Counted from the whole stretch's first letter, positions 13,163 to 26,174 are shown. The stretch: 63,798 bases of DNA, filler included, from Octopus bimaculoides (GCF_001194135.2; 6 parts of 5 records of this genome joined end to end with filler, not necessarily neighbours in it); one strand, 5' to 3'. Notes: generated from the sequence alone by a model not told the origin. Made by a program: numbers and translations.

Positions 13163-14999
13163 GTATATGTGTGTGTGTGGGTGGGTGTGTTTGTGTGTGT
13201 GTGTGTGTGTGTGTTGCGTACGTGTGTGTGTACGTGTGCGCCGTGTGCTATTTAGCATTGTTTTGAAATTGGTGACTGATTCACGTGCTACAGTTAAATA
13301 ATAAAAATCATATNNNNNNNNNNNNNNNNNNNNNNNNNNNNNNNNNNNNNNNNNNNNNNNNNNNNNNNNNNNNNNNNNNNNNNNNNNNNNNNNNNNNNNN
13401 NNNNNNNNNNNNNNNNNNNNNNNNNNNNNNNNNNNNNNNNNNNNNNNNNNNNNNNNNNNNNNNNNNNNNNNNNNNNNNNNNNNNNNNNNNNNNNNNNNNN
13501 NNNNNNNNNNNNNNNNNNNNNNNNNNNNNNNNNNNNNNNNNNNNNNNNNNNNNNNNNNNNNNNNNNNNNNNNNNNNNNNNNNNNNNNNNNNNNNNNNNNN
13601 NNNNNNNNNNNNNNNNNNNNNNNNNNNNNNNNNNNNNNNNNNNNNNNNNNNNNNNNNNNNNNNNNNNNNNNNNNNNNNNNNNNNNNNNNNNNNNNNNNNN
13701 NNNNNNNNNNNNNNNNNNNNNNNNNNNNNNNNNNNNNNNNNNNNNNNNNNNNNNNNNNNNNNNNNNNNNNNNNNNNNNNNNNNNNNNNNNNNNNNNNNNN
13801 NNNNNNNNNNNNNNNNNNNNNNNNNNNNNNNNNNNNNNNNNNNNNNNNNNNNNNNNNNNNNNNNNNNNNNNNNNNNNNNNNNNNNNNNNNNNNNNNNNNN
13901 NNNNNNNNNNNNNNNNNNNNNNNNNNNNNNNNNNNNNNNNNNNNNNNNNNNNNNNNNNNNNNNNNNNNNNNNNNNNNNNNNNNNNNNNNNNNNNNNNGCG
14001 CACGCGCACAAACATACACATACACAAGCATAAATACACACACACCACTCACACATATATATAAATATGTATACATACAATATTAAAATATAATATAATT
14101 TGTTGCTGTTTCCGATTGATTATGCGCTCTGCGCTTCCTTCCTTCTACACCAATTTCCGACACAACCATTTCATCTTCGGCGAATATTCACAGACATTTT
14201 CACGGGTCACAACATCAAAGCTCGGATATTTATTTATACGATTCTTACTTTTAAAGTTTGCTTCCAATTTCTTCCACAATTCTTTTCACGTATATTATTT
14301 TTACACTTTGAATATATACTTCCATCTTTTAGTTTCGTCTGTGAAATGTTTCCTCAAGTACGTATTTTCGCTTTCTTTTGATTGATAAATGCTTGGAACA
14401 TATTCGTTTGATGCTACTCACCAGCGCAGGTACACAATAAAAAAAAAATAAAAAGCAATTACGGATATACACACAAGCACATATATGTACACACGTATGA
14501 AATCGCAGGCCCACATGTATACCCCACCACCGCACTCACACATGCTACGAAATCTAGAATCAACAAAAACGCCTCGATATAATTAAAGGAACTTAAAGAA
14601 ATATTAGCCTCATTTCCGTTTAGTCACACTCTAATGTCTTTGACAGACAGTGGTCTGATCTTTTTAACTAGGTCTACGTCCAAAAGTATACTTTAAAAGA
14701 ATGCATACATACAAACGTATATACATTTATATCTATATAGATGAATGTATAGATTTATGTGCATATCTCTCTCCCCTGTCTCCCCTCCACATCTCCTCTC
14801 CCTCTCCCCTTCCCCCTCCCTCCAAATATATATATATATATATATNNNNNNNNNNNNNNNNNNNNNNNNNNNNNNNNNNNNNNNNNNNNNNNNNNNNNNN
14901 NNNNNNNNNNNNNNNNNNNNNNNNNNNNNNNNNNNNNNNNNNNNNNNNNNNNNNNNNNNNNNNNNNNNNNNNNNNNNNNNNNNNNNNNNNNNNNNNNNN

Positions 15000-15030
<31 letters not shown>

Positions 15031-15044
15031 TACATATATATATG

Positions 15045-15200
15045 CGTAACTCTTTGGTTAGGAAAATCAATTTGTAGGCACGTTGTTTCGGGTTCACTGC
15101 CACTGCACAGCATCATAGTCAATTTTTTTTTGTAGTGTAGCCCCAGCCAAGGCCTTGCTAGTGAATTTGGTAGATGGAAAATGTATGGAAACTCGTCGTA
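15045..15200 (+). mobile_element. Family-B SINE head, degraded
   Basis: GGGTTCACTGCCACTGCACAGCA...GCCTTGCTAGTGAATTTGGTAGATGGAAA. Confidence 0.6.
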
Positions 15201-17499
15201 TACACAAACACACAGACTCAAATGATGTGTATACACCTAAATCTACCTATACAGCGCCATCTACCTAAACGCCTTGATGTTAATATTTCGGAGTAGTTAT
15301 CTCCTTTTCGGTCACAGACACTAAGCAGACGACCCTAGAAGCTGAATTAAGAGATTTCCTCTCTTAGCTGATCTAGGTGTAGACACAGCATTTGTCAACA
15401 AGCGAGATATATTCTCCGTGACAAAACGCAGTGAGTATCTGGTACCCCTTTCTCTCTCTCACTCTTTCTCAGATAGTGGGCCTTTAAACCCAGATAGTGG
15501 GACATTTTTGTGTCAACTAGATTTGAACCTGGCTAACTTGGTTTTCATATTTTGTCTCCTTCCTTTTTTGAACTAACTAGCTGTATAGATGTAAACACAA
15601 TTCCTTCTTTCTTTCCTACTCTTTTCCATTCACACTCCTTTCAGATACACGGGCACACACACACACACAACACACCCACACACACACAACACAACCACAC
15701 TGTCTCTCACTGGACAATGATGGCAACTCATTGAAAAAAANNNNNNNNNNACACACCCACACTGTCTCTCACTGGACAATGATGGCAACTCATTGAAAAA
15801 AAAACTTCCTTCCAAACAATGCCCCACCTTAAATAGCCACCTGGTTTTGTCATTTTTAAAGGCCAAGAATAAACTGACCAGGTGTAAACACAATTTTCTT
15901 CTTTCTTCTTTCACCTTTCTTTCTCTTTCCCATTGACACTCCTTTCAGATACACAGGCACACACATACACGAACACACGCACACACACACACACCAACAC
16001 AAAAACACACAAAAACACACACACACACACACACTCTCACTTCCTCCGCATTCCTCACTCTCTTTTGCTATCCTATATATCTCTCTCCACCCCTACACAT
16101 TCAATAATACTATAAAAAGAGACAAATCCTCTGAAGAAAAATTATATCTGGAGATTCTACAAGAATAGATGCAAGCGCTAATATATAAAAGCATATGAGA
16201 TATTAGTAAAATTCTGTAAATGTACAACCATCCCGATATCTGAGTACCTTATTGTTTTTTCTAATATATAATTCCTGTACATCGCCTCTAAACCTTGCAA
16301 TATATATATATNNNNNNNNNNAAATCCATTATATTCATATGTACAAACACACACACACTCCTGAACATATATATATATATATATATATGTGTGTGTTTGT
16401 ACATATTTATCTCCTTGGTTGTAAATATATGCAGTCGCAGACGACAACAGCAACAGCATACTAAAGTATTGTATTTGAAATCCTCGCATTAGACTAAAAT
16501 AAAGCTGTAAATAACACAAAATACATGAATGAATTCAATGAAAATCGTAGCCTTTTATTATTACGCAATTTAAATGGAAGTTAAATCTGAATGCATCCAC
16601 GAGACAGACCTTTGTCAGAGCACAACGTATTTTTGATTATACATACGATAGGAATGCAAACAGAGATCAGGACAATGCATTGTAAAATATTAACATTTCT
16701 GATGGAATTTCTATCTCGAGAAATAATATTGCAGAAGATATCGTTTATAGTGAGTTTGTAAACAATACAAAAAACATAAATAAATAAACATTCTGCTGAT
16801 ATATTATAATATATATAAAACATAACATAATATAATATAATATAATATAATATAATATAATAATAATAATAATAATATATATATATATATATATATATAA
16901 AGAGTTCTAAAACGAGTTGGCTTTCTCATATATATATATATATGTGTCTGTGTGTATTATACGTATATATGTGTAATATACATATAAATATATATATGAT
17001 TAGTATATATNNNNNNNNNNNNNNNNNNNNNNNNNNNNNNNNNNNNNNNNNNNNTTAATTAATTAANNNNNNNNNNNNNNNNNNNNNNNNNNNNNNNNNN
17101 NNNNNNNNNNCTGTGTCCTTTATAACCTTCGAACAGGGGAGGTCAGCAGTGTCCCCCTGCTGGTTTGGCATCTGCAGACTAGTTTCAGGGTGTTGCCCCT
17201 TGTCAATGCAGAGCAGCCAAGCCCTAGCCAGGCGGCGCTGCTGACTATCTGCTCGAAGGTTATTTATCTAATTTCAGTGGAATCTATCCACTGGTTTTCA
17301 GAAATAGAGTTATTAATATTTCTAAGTCTCTCTAAAGGAGACTACGGCAGCGGTACTGGAAATTAATAGTTATCGCCAAGCCAACATGGCAGTCCCAAAA
17401 TTAGGACGAAAGCTGCCGTGAATTAGCTCCAAGAAGCCATCGCCTCTAGCTAGCTATGTGACATACTACATGCCCTTTGCGTTTTTAGGCATGCTACTG

Positions 17500-18430
17500 A
17501 TTAGATGGCAAATATTTTCTTAAGGACTCCATTGCCAAGGTTCATGCAGTAATCTCAAAAGAGCTGGCTTTGGGGATGTTTTCTTATTCTGTCCATTGTG
17601 CCGTAAAGATGTTCAATAGGATTCATATCTGGTGACTGGCTTGGCGATGGAATCTTTTTAATGCCATTTTCTTATAACTAATCTTGGGTCTTTTTAGTTG
17701 TGTGACAACGACCCCATCTTCCATCAATAAAGAGTCTTCTTTAATCATTTCACCATTGGAGAAGATCGGACGGTGTCCTTTCTGCAATATGGACGCATAT
17801 TTAACTGTTTATGTTTCCTTCACACGCCACCAGCTATGATTAACCATTGCTCCAAATTACTCCTAGATCATCAGAGAGTTGCTGCCATGTTTCATTGTTG
17901 GCAGCAATCTTTTCATATCAAATTCTTGATCACAGAGTCTCCAGACCCACACTCGACCACTGTCAGTAACTATAACAATTCATCAGAGAATATGGCAGTG
18001 TCCCAAATGACTAGAGGCCTTTCCACCATCTCACCGGCCCAATCATTTCCCCATTTTATATTGTCTGGTCAAAGAAGTGGCTTCTTTCTTGTGGCTTCTT
18101 TCTTGTGGCTTCTTTCTTGTTGCTCTGCCATAGTAACCAAGTGTGTGCAGACACCTAACAGCTGTTCTGGAACTGGCATTAACTTGTTCTGCTATGTCAG
18201 AGGCTTTGTAACAAGGATTATCCTCCATACTTCTCTTAACAAAGTGAAGGATCCTGAGTGAGGTAATGTAGAATCCTTCCCCTCTCTGGTGAACTGTACA
18301 ATCACCCTATTAACTGCAGATAGCAGGATTCCAAGGTTTCCTGTAGTTTTACACTAAGTCCACCTTCAGATTGACACACAATATGACCTTCTTGAAATTC
18401 GGACAGTTCCAAGGTTTTTGTATGCAGCAT
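17500..18430 (-). mobile_element. Decayed Tc1-family transposase
   Basis: Minus-strand peptides ELSEFQEGHIV, DNPCYKASDIAEQVNASSRTAVRCLHTLGYYGRATRKKP (HTH region) and PSQSPDMNPIEHL (Tc1 WPSQSPDLNPIE motif), with stops and frameshifts. Confidence 0.85.
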
Positions 18431-19522
18431 GATTAAACAGTCACCTATAGAACCTGAAACAAAAATGGGAATTCATAAAAAATATAAACATTTGCAAGTT
18501 AAAACAATCATAAAACAATGTTTTATGGTATGTCGTCTATTTAACTTCTGTCATGTATATATATATATATATATATNNNNNNNNNNNNNNNNNNNNNNNN
18601 NNNNNNNNNNNNNNNNNNNNNNNNNNNNNNNNNNNNNNNNNNNNNNNNNNNNNNNNNNNNNNNNNNNNNNNNNNNNNNNNNNNNNNNNNNNNNNNNNNNN
18701 NNNNNNNNNNNNNNNNNNNNNNNNNNNNNNNNNNNNNNNNNNNNNNNNNNNNNNNNNNNNNNNNNNNNNNNNNNNNNNNNNNNNNNNNNNNNNNNNNNNN
18801 NNNNNNNNNNNNNNNNNNNNNNNNNNNNNNNNNNNNNNNNNNNNNNNNNNNNNNNNNNNNNNNNNNNNNNNNNNNNNNNNNNNNNNNNNNNNNNNNNNNN
18901 NNNNNNNNNNNNNNNNNNNNNNNNNNNNNNNNNNNNNNNNNNNNNNNNNNNNNNNNNNNNNNNNNNNNNNNNNNNNNNNNNNNNNNNNNNNNNNNNNNNN
19001 NNNNNNNNNNNNNNNNNNNNNNNNNNNNNNNNNNNNNNNNNNNNNNNNNNNNNNNNNNNNNNNNNNNNNNNNNNNNNNNNNNNNNNNNNNNNNNNNNNNN
19101 NNNNNNNNNNNNNNNNNNNNNNNNNNNNNNNNNNNNNNNNNNNNNNNNNNNNNNNNNNNNNNNNNNNNNNNNNNNNNNNNNNNNNNNNNNNNNNNNNNNN
19201 NNNNNNNNNNNNNNNNNNNNNNNNNNNNNNNNNNNNNNNNNNNNNNNNNNNNNNNNNNNNNNNNNNNNNNNNNNNNNNNNNNNNNNNNNNNNNNNNNNNN
19301 NNNNNNNNNNNNNNNNNNNNNNNNNNNNNNNNNNNNNNNNNNNNNNNNNNNNNNNNNNNNNNNNNNNNNNNNNNTATATATATATATATTCATTTATTTA
19401 AAAGTAAATATTTGGACTTTGGTTATATGGTTAGTGGTATAAGCATTTCACTGTTTAAGTTACCTGTTGTCATCCACAGTTGTGATAAAAGTGTCACTGT
19501 GTCTACCTCAGGAATTCTGTAC

Positions 19523-21022
19523 TACAATGAACCACAAAAGAAATGCGATTTTTTCAAATGTCATTTTTATATAGTAAATTCTGAAACTTTATTTCAGAGA
19601 TGTAAATGTAAATATTCCAATGACGGCGACCCAAATTGCAGGTAATCTTTCAATTTTCCCTGAAATGAGATGCCAAAATGCAGCTGTATTGAATGCTGTG
19701 GGTAGCAGTCATGGAAGCCGAAATGCACATGCATCTCATGAAGGTTATGGGTATAAAAAATCAACTTGAACCACGTTCCTGGCATTCGTAATTTGGACGC
19801 ATTAGGTATGACCCAATTGTCAGCAATTCAGAGATAACAAGCTAACGGCTGATTGCAAGTAGGGCAGCTTGCCTTGGTTGTTGCGAAAGCTTACAATGTC
19901 CATGTCAGCACCATCTATTACCTGCAACAGCAAGACACCAACAGCACTGCAGACCATGCCTGCAGAGTACACGCCCGGGTGACCACGCCTAGGCAGGACG
20001 GCTTCGTCCACTTGCAACACCTCTATGATCGCTTCAGGCTGGCCAGCATGACAACTCATGTCACCATTGGCCCTGGACAGCGATCCACCAGCTACGACAC
20101 AGTACGTCAACTGGCTGCCAACAAGCTGCGTTGCCGTCATCCTGCTGACGGGCTTGTTTTCACTGCCTGCCACCACCAGGCATGACTACAGTGGGCTACA
20201 CAGCACCAACACCGTTGGCATCAACGATAGAGGTCGATGGTCTTCTCTAACGAAAGCCAGTACTGCATTTCGACCTCGGATGGCAGAGTGAGGGTGTGGC
20301 GTAGGAGGAATGAACGCTACAGAGATACATGTGTCATGGAGAGAGACACATGTGGTGGCCAAAGCATCATGGTTTGGGGTGCTATAGGCCTGAATCAAAG
20401 AACTGGGCCCCGTGTGTTCCAAAATGGTGGCGCAGGCAGAGAGAATGGCATCACAGCTTAGTGCTATGTTGACGAGACCCTAACACCTCACATCATGCGC
20501 TTCTTCACGCGTCGTCAGAGCCATGTGTTCCGGCAGGACAATGCTCCCTCCCACATGGCCAGGGTCACCATGGACTTCCTGCATCAACACAACATACATC
20601 AGAACATTGTTGTGGCCGGCTCTCAGTCCGGATTTGAACCCAATTGGACTCCTGTGAGACGAAATCCAGAGACGGCTGAACCAGGTGGTCCCAAGGATGA
20701 CAACTCAAATGGAACTGGAGGCAGCTTTGCTCAGGTTGTGGGCACAAATGTCAATGGCTTTTGTGAACCACCTCATGCACTCCATGTACCGAGAGTGTAT
20801 GTCCATTTTGAACACAGGGAGAGCATAGACGGTATTGAACATGTCACACTCTACAATCTCTTTGTGTTGTATCCGTCCACCTCCAGAACACATGGCAACC
20901 ACCCATAGACAACCACCCAAGAAATTGACTGTACCATATTTATCAAAATTTATCTGTGACATAATGAAATTAAAACATATTTCACAGTCACACACGTCTC
21001 GCATTTCTTTTGCCATTCAGTA
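19523..21022 (+). mobile_element. Near full-length (~1.5 kb) decayed Tc1 element with TIR remnants
   Basis: Peptides VFSNESQYCISTSDGRVRVWRRRNERY, IMVWGAI, FRQDNAPSH and LSPDLNPI (DDE_3-type). Termini share CAAAAGAAATGCGA in inverted orientation (19535 and ~20999-21012), each next to a TA. Confidence 0.88.
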
Positions 21023-21059
21023 TATTTGTTGAATTTACAACGAATGGGGGAAATACGAA

Positions 21060-21390
21060 ATGGAGTTTCGACCCATCTTGCATCGGTCCTTGCAGGCGGG
21101 ATACTGTACAACTGGTTGTGCTACATCTCATCGGGTGTCTTGTTGTAAAGAGGCTGCCTCATTAAATATACTCTGTTTCGGTTGGCATGTTGTTGCTGCC
21201 GGATTGTTGGCTATAATGCTATAATCCCAAAACCTCCAGGCGACAACAACATGCCAAGCAAAACTGAGCATAAAACAAGACACTTAATGAGTGGCATCTG
21301 CACAACTAATTATCTAGTATCCCACCTACAAAGGATCCATGCGAGATGGGTCGAAACGACTGTTGTGGATGAATAAAGGTTCTTGTGAAC
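21060..21390. mobile_element. Penelope-type pseudo-LTR remnant with inverted ends
   Basis: GTTTCGACCCATCTTGCATCGGTCC (21065) is inverted relative to GGATCCATGCGAGATGGGTCGAAAC (21333), followed by AATAAA. Confidence 0.5.
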
Positions 21391-21849
21391 TTTATTTTCC
21401 ATATTTATATATGCAACACTAATGTATATATATGTATATGTGTATATACATTAATTTCATGTATTTGGACACTAACTGCCTGAGGGGTTTTATGAACCCC
21501 CAATTAATATAACAACATCTAAAGTATACATTTGACATAATTCTTCTTCACTAGATTTGGCCTGATAATCATGTGTTCACGCTAGTTTAACTCCCATAAA
21601 ATTTACTATAGTGAGGGATAAATGTAGATTAGGCTGAAACAACCTGTTTATGATTTCTTAACAGATTTATCATGCCTCTACAACATGCACATGGCAAAAT
21701 ATTGAGGGACCTTATGGAATTTTGATTTCACTGACAAACATCAAATGTGCATGATCAGTTTGATCACGTACCGAGAAGACAGTAATAACACATTGATATC
21801 CACCCTAAATTTCATGTAAATTTTCATTTTCTATTTTATCTCCACAAAG

Positions 21850-22059
21850 GATTCAGTAGAGTCAGATATGAACAACCAAGCAAAAATGACACCATTCCTT
21901 CAAGCCGTCTCTTTTGGTCATCTCGGAATTATGCAAAAGTTAATGGCTCGGGGTGGTAACACAAATGCTGCTGATGGTGAAGGCAACAATTGTTTGCACT
22001 TTGCAGCAAAAAAAGATCCGTTTCATTCCGAGGGTGTACCCATGGATATTTTATATGAG
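21850..22059 (+). CDS. MIB-like: Internal exon (phase 0-0) of an ankyrin+RING Mind bomb-like E3 ligase; ankyrin repeats
   Basis: Pyrimidine-rich acceptor ...tccacaaag|G and donor GAG|gtaagt. 210 nt open frame DSVESDMNNQAKMTPFLQAVSFGHLGIMQKLMARGGNTNAADGEGNNCLHFAAKKDPF...ILYE with ankyrin motifs (TPFLQAV..GH, G.N.LH.AA). The acceptor could alternatively lie a few nt downstream. Confidence 0.85.
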
Positions 22060-22142
22060 GTAAGTTTTAAAATTATTTCTGAATATATGTATACATATAC
22101 ATATGTTTGTGTGTGTGTGTGTGTGTGTGTAAATGTATGTAT

Positions 22143-22527
22143 GGTGGTGCAATGGCCCAGTGGTTAGGGCAGCGGACTCGCGGTCATAGGATCGCGGTTT
22201 CGATTCCCGGACCAGGCGTTGTGAGTGTTTATTGAGCGAAAACACCTAAAGCTCCATGAGGCAGGGGGTGGTGGTGAACCCTGCTGTACTCTTCCACCAC
22301 AACTTTCTCTCACTCTTACTTCCTGTTTTTCTGTTGTGCCTGTAATTCAAAGGGGCCAGCCTTGTCACACTCTGTGTCATGCTGAATGTCCCCGAGAACT
22401 ATGTTAAGGGTGCACGTGTCTGTGGAGTGCTCAGCCACTTGCACGTTAATTTCACGAGCAGGCTGTTCCATTGATCGGATCAACTGGAACCCTCGACGTC
22501 GTAAGCGGCGGAGTGCCAACAACAACA
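22143..22527 (+). mobile_element. Full-length tRNA-derived SINE (probably the octopus OR-type family)
   Basis: A box TGGCCCAGTGG, B box GGTTTCGATTCC, long conserved tail and (CAA)n end. A near-identical copy lies at 62494-62834. Confidence 0.9.
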
Positions 22528-23159
22528 AAATGTACGTATGAGTTTGTGTGTGTGTATGTGTACGTGTGTGTGTGTATGTGTACGTGTGTATGTGTACGTG
22601 TGTGTGTGTGAGAGAGAGAGAGAGAGAATGAAAGAAAGAAAGAGACAGGCATTGCTTGTCATGTATCTATTCACATCTATCAACCCCATCTTCCATTACT
22701 ATTTCGTGATCCAGTCTACCCTTATATTATGTAACAAACTATGCTCCATCTCTTTTTACCCTCAAAGATATGGCCTCATCACGGTATAGAAGGTGACCCA
22801 TCTCGGATGTTGGTCGTATAAACACAGCCATCACAATGTGATGGAGAAGTGACCTATTCAAGAGAAGAGATATTATTCCCAATTAACAATGATGCAGTAT
22901 AGAGGTGAGATCTGTGTGACATGATAGACGGTAACAGTTATAGTGCTGGTGCCATGGTAAATACATCCAGTCCGTTCAATGAAGAATTCTGATGGAAACA
23001 GCTCTCTATCATACTTCTTGTACATGACATGTATCCACTGACTTCTTGTTGACATGTCATAACAATGTTCAATGTTAGGATATGAGAGAATGCATACAAT
23101 GAAGCAAGGTCCTTAGTGAATTTTCCTGTGTTTAAGTTTTTTATTTAGAGTTAGGAACA

Positions 23160-23206
<47 letters not shown>

Positions 23207-23889
23207 ACACACACACTCACACGCGCGCGCGCGCACACACACATATATATATACGCACACTCACTCACTCACTCACAGACTCAAAATCACGCACAGACAC
23301 ACACACACTCAGAAACACATACACACTCAGAAACACATACACACAATTAATGATTTTAAGTTTGTGTATACACCTTCTAGTATGCTGCTCAAATCCCGTT
23401 CTCTGTATTTGGCTATCTGATGTTACCAACAGTATGAATTCAAATTCCACTGGATTTACTTCGTGTCCATAACGTCTATAAATAATGACAGAAAATGGAA
23501 TTCACTCGACTCAATACAATCATTTCGACCCATCATGCACTGGTGGGGACATGGGCGCATGTGTGTCTTTGTGGGCGTACATCTCCACATGTTTGTTAGT
23601 GTGTGTGTGTATTTACATGGATATCTTTGTAGTTGTGGAGACAGAGGCTTGTGGACATGAGAGCCCTTCTGTGAGTGTGTATGTATGGGGATGCACCTTG
23701 TGTTGGAGAATATATGCTTTTGTATTTATGTGGCCGTGCACGTGTGCGTCTATGTGTGTGTGTGTGTGTGTGCAATGCGTGTGTCTGCATGCATGTGTTT
23801 GTATATACATACACACACAAGAGAATCTGTATTTGTGGATGTATGAATTGGTAGATGTGTAGTCATAAATCAACCAAGAAGAGGTAAGT

Positions 23890-24225
23890 ATTGGGTCATC
23901 CCATAAATAATGCAGTTTCTTTATACTTCTTTATTTTTCAAAATTAAGATAAACAAAGTTCTTTTTTTAATCTAAAATATACTCTCCTTCATTTTCGACA
24001 ATGCCCTTCCATCTATCTGGTAGACTTGCAGAGCATTCTTCCAAAATTCATTTGATTGTGACAAAAAATACTCCTCCAGTACTGTTCTGACCTCGTCTAC
24101 AGAGTTCATATTTTTCCCCGTCCAAATGGTTTTGATGACCGCGGAATAAATGATAATCAGATGGGGCAATGTCCGGCGAATATAGTGGATGGGACATCGT
24201 TTCTCATTCAAAATTCTCCAACTTT
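23890..24225 (-). mobile_element. Mariner transposase 3' end and terminus
   Basis: Peptides PDIAPSDYHLFRGHQNHLDG and SLPDRWKGIVENEGEYILD* match the mariner C-terminus YSPDLAPSD...RW.......GEY. Confidence 0.8.
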
Positions 24226-24239
24226 TGCAATGTCATCCT

Positions 24240-24910
24240 GAATGAGGTGAAGTCCAACAATTTTCAGTGATTTTCCTTGACTCTTGTTAATTGACATTGC
24301 AAAACTAACATTTACTGGAAATTGTGAATTCTCTTGAATTCAAAGGATATGTCTGCTGGAATTCGTGGAATTCTTGAAATAAACACATTTTCTCCCTTTC
24401 CTTGTCCAGTGAGGATTGTTGTTTCCAAATGATGTGGATGTATTTGCCTGACAATCAGTCTTGTTCCATTGCACAACTTTGGAGGAGCCAAAGCATGATT
24501 GGAATTCCCTCCATAAATGTCAGTTTATGAGAAGGCACTCCAGGAGGATCTAAAGATTTAAGGAACTCAGCAGGATTATACATATCCTCATTGGGATCCA
24601 TAGCAGTATCAATTGAGAGATCATGTTTTTCTTCAGCATTGATTGATTGCATAAGTTTCCAATTGATAGACTGGACAGTTTCATTCTTTGGTGCAAATGT
24701 GGCTTTTCAAAACGTTAATCATGATCTTGAAAATTATGTCCAATGTTTGGGTAAACCTTGGTAATCAACTCTTCTACAGTTTTGACCAAAAAAGAGGCAG
24801 TCATTTGCAAACATGATGTCTCCATTATTATCTTGTTGAATGCTTCCAATTCCCAGACCCAGTAGCTGAACTGCAAATCTTTCAGCACCCAAATCTATGA
24901 ATAAACTGAC
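24240..24910 (-). mobile_element. Helitron PIF1-like helicase C-terminal remnant
   Basis: Peptides EELITKVYPNI, PAEFLKSLDPPGVPSHKL...GIPIML, LCNGTRLIV and QFPVNVSFAMSINKSQGKSLKIVGL are Helitron RepHel helicase motifs. Confidence 0.85.
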
Positions 24911-25998
24911 TCCAATCCAACCAGAAGTTCGATCGGGCCAAAAGTCTGATCTGGTCGAAAGTCCAGTTTGGGCCAAAAGTTCAAGTTTTTCAATATTTCC
25001 TTCCGAATGCTTCAATTCACAAACTCTGTGGTACTTCGAAACCTTATGAACACGAAACCTCTCATTCTCACTTGGATCTAGTTTTAAATTTATCTTAATT
25101 GAAAATAGTTTTGAAATTCACAAAGTTTTTGTATTACTTTAAAATCACTTTGAATTAAAAACTTGTAAGTTGACAAATTTTTGGAATTCTTTTAAAATCT
25201 GTATTTTCAACAGTCAGCATGTAACAAATCTTTGTCCAGACCCAATTCCAATGTCAATGCTGGATGTTCAAGAAGGAAATGAAAGGCAGATTTTCAATCC
25301 TGGGATCATCCTGATTCCAAAAAGGTAGAATGTATCCATGTAGAGTAAATGTAGACTGAAATAAAGAGGTCCTGGGTGGACAGATAGACAGAATTCTGTG
25401 TTTATGATAATAAGTGTCAGCCGAGCATTTTCCAGTCACTTTCAGGGGTTGTAATGGACTGGAGGGAGTCAAAGTGATATGACTTACATTGTTTGTTCTC
25501 ATGTTGTGTTATAGTTATATATATACAATACCCTTCCATAAATATTTCTTATGGTATGACCACTTGGCCGCCTTTATCTGGTCAATTGCATAGACATGTT
25601 CTTGTTGGTTTGTTCTTCCTATATTTGACTTGATGCTATGATTATTGTATATTGTTTTTTTGTTTTATTTATTGATTATATTGTGATATTTGTGATCGAC
25701 AAATAAATATTTACTCATTAAGTATCAATAACTTTGGTGTTAACCAATAAGATTTGTCCTTCTCAATATATTGATAATATGTTTAAAAGATGGCTTAATA
25801 GTGAAAATAAAGTAAAAACAAATGGAAATGGGAAATGGACTCAAATAGAGATGATTTAGGAACTCAATATTTTGTAATCTTTTTAATTACTGGATAAACA
25901 AGCTATGAGTAGATTTAGATTAACTGTTCTTTAATTTGGGTCACCTCTTAAGCGTATTTGTGTAATATTGTTATCATTATATATTTCATCATTTGTAG

Positions 25999-26174
25999 TG
26001 CTGCAGAGAGCTGAACCTGGAAAAGGAAGAATGGCTCCCTGGCATAGTGGTTGCTAGATATCTAGCCAACCACGGAGCCGACCTTTACCATAAAAATGAC
26101 AAGAATAACACACCATTAGACCTCGTTAAGGACCCAAATTTGAAACAAAAATTACAAACATTTTTACCACCACA
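25999..26174 (+). CDS. MIB-like: Internal exon (phase 0-2), last ankyrin repeat of the MIB-like protein
   Basis: tttgtag|TGC...CCA CA|gtaagt. Peptide CCRELNLEKEEWLPGIVVARYLANHGADLYHKNDKNNTPLDLVKDPNLKQKLQTFLPP resembles the Mind bomb segment A.FLA..GADL...N..G.SPLDL..DPNL (recalled). In phase with the previous exon. Confidence 0.85.

Noticed and set aside
15690-15800. Direct repeats across 10-N gaps (also 46540-47200 and 63500-63610)
   Set aside because: Near-identical sequence on both sides of a minimal gap is typical of unmerged contig overlaps or alleles.
17056-17067. TTAATTAATTAA islands inside N-runs (also ~35847, 55069, 59587, 62438)
   Set aside because: The identical 12-mer always sits between N blocks and gives stops in all six frames, so it is a scaffolding linker artefact rather than biology.
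22143-22215. tRNA-like sequence with A and B boxes
   Set aside because: It is the head of a multi-copy SINE and continues into SINE body and tail, so it is not a tRNA gene.
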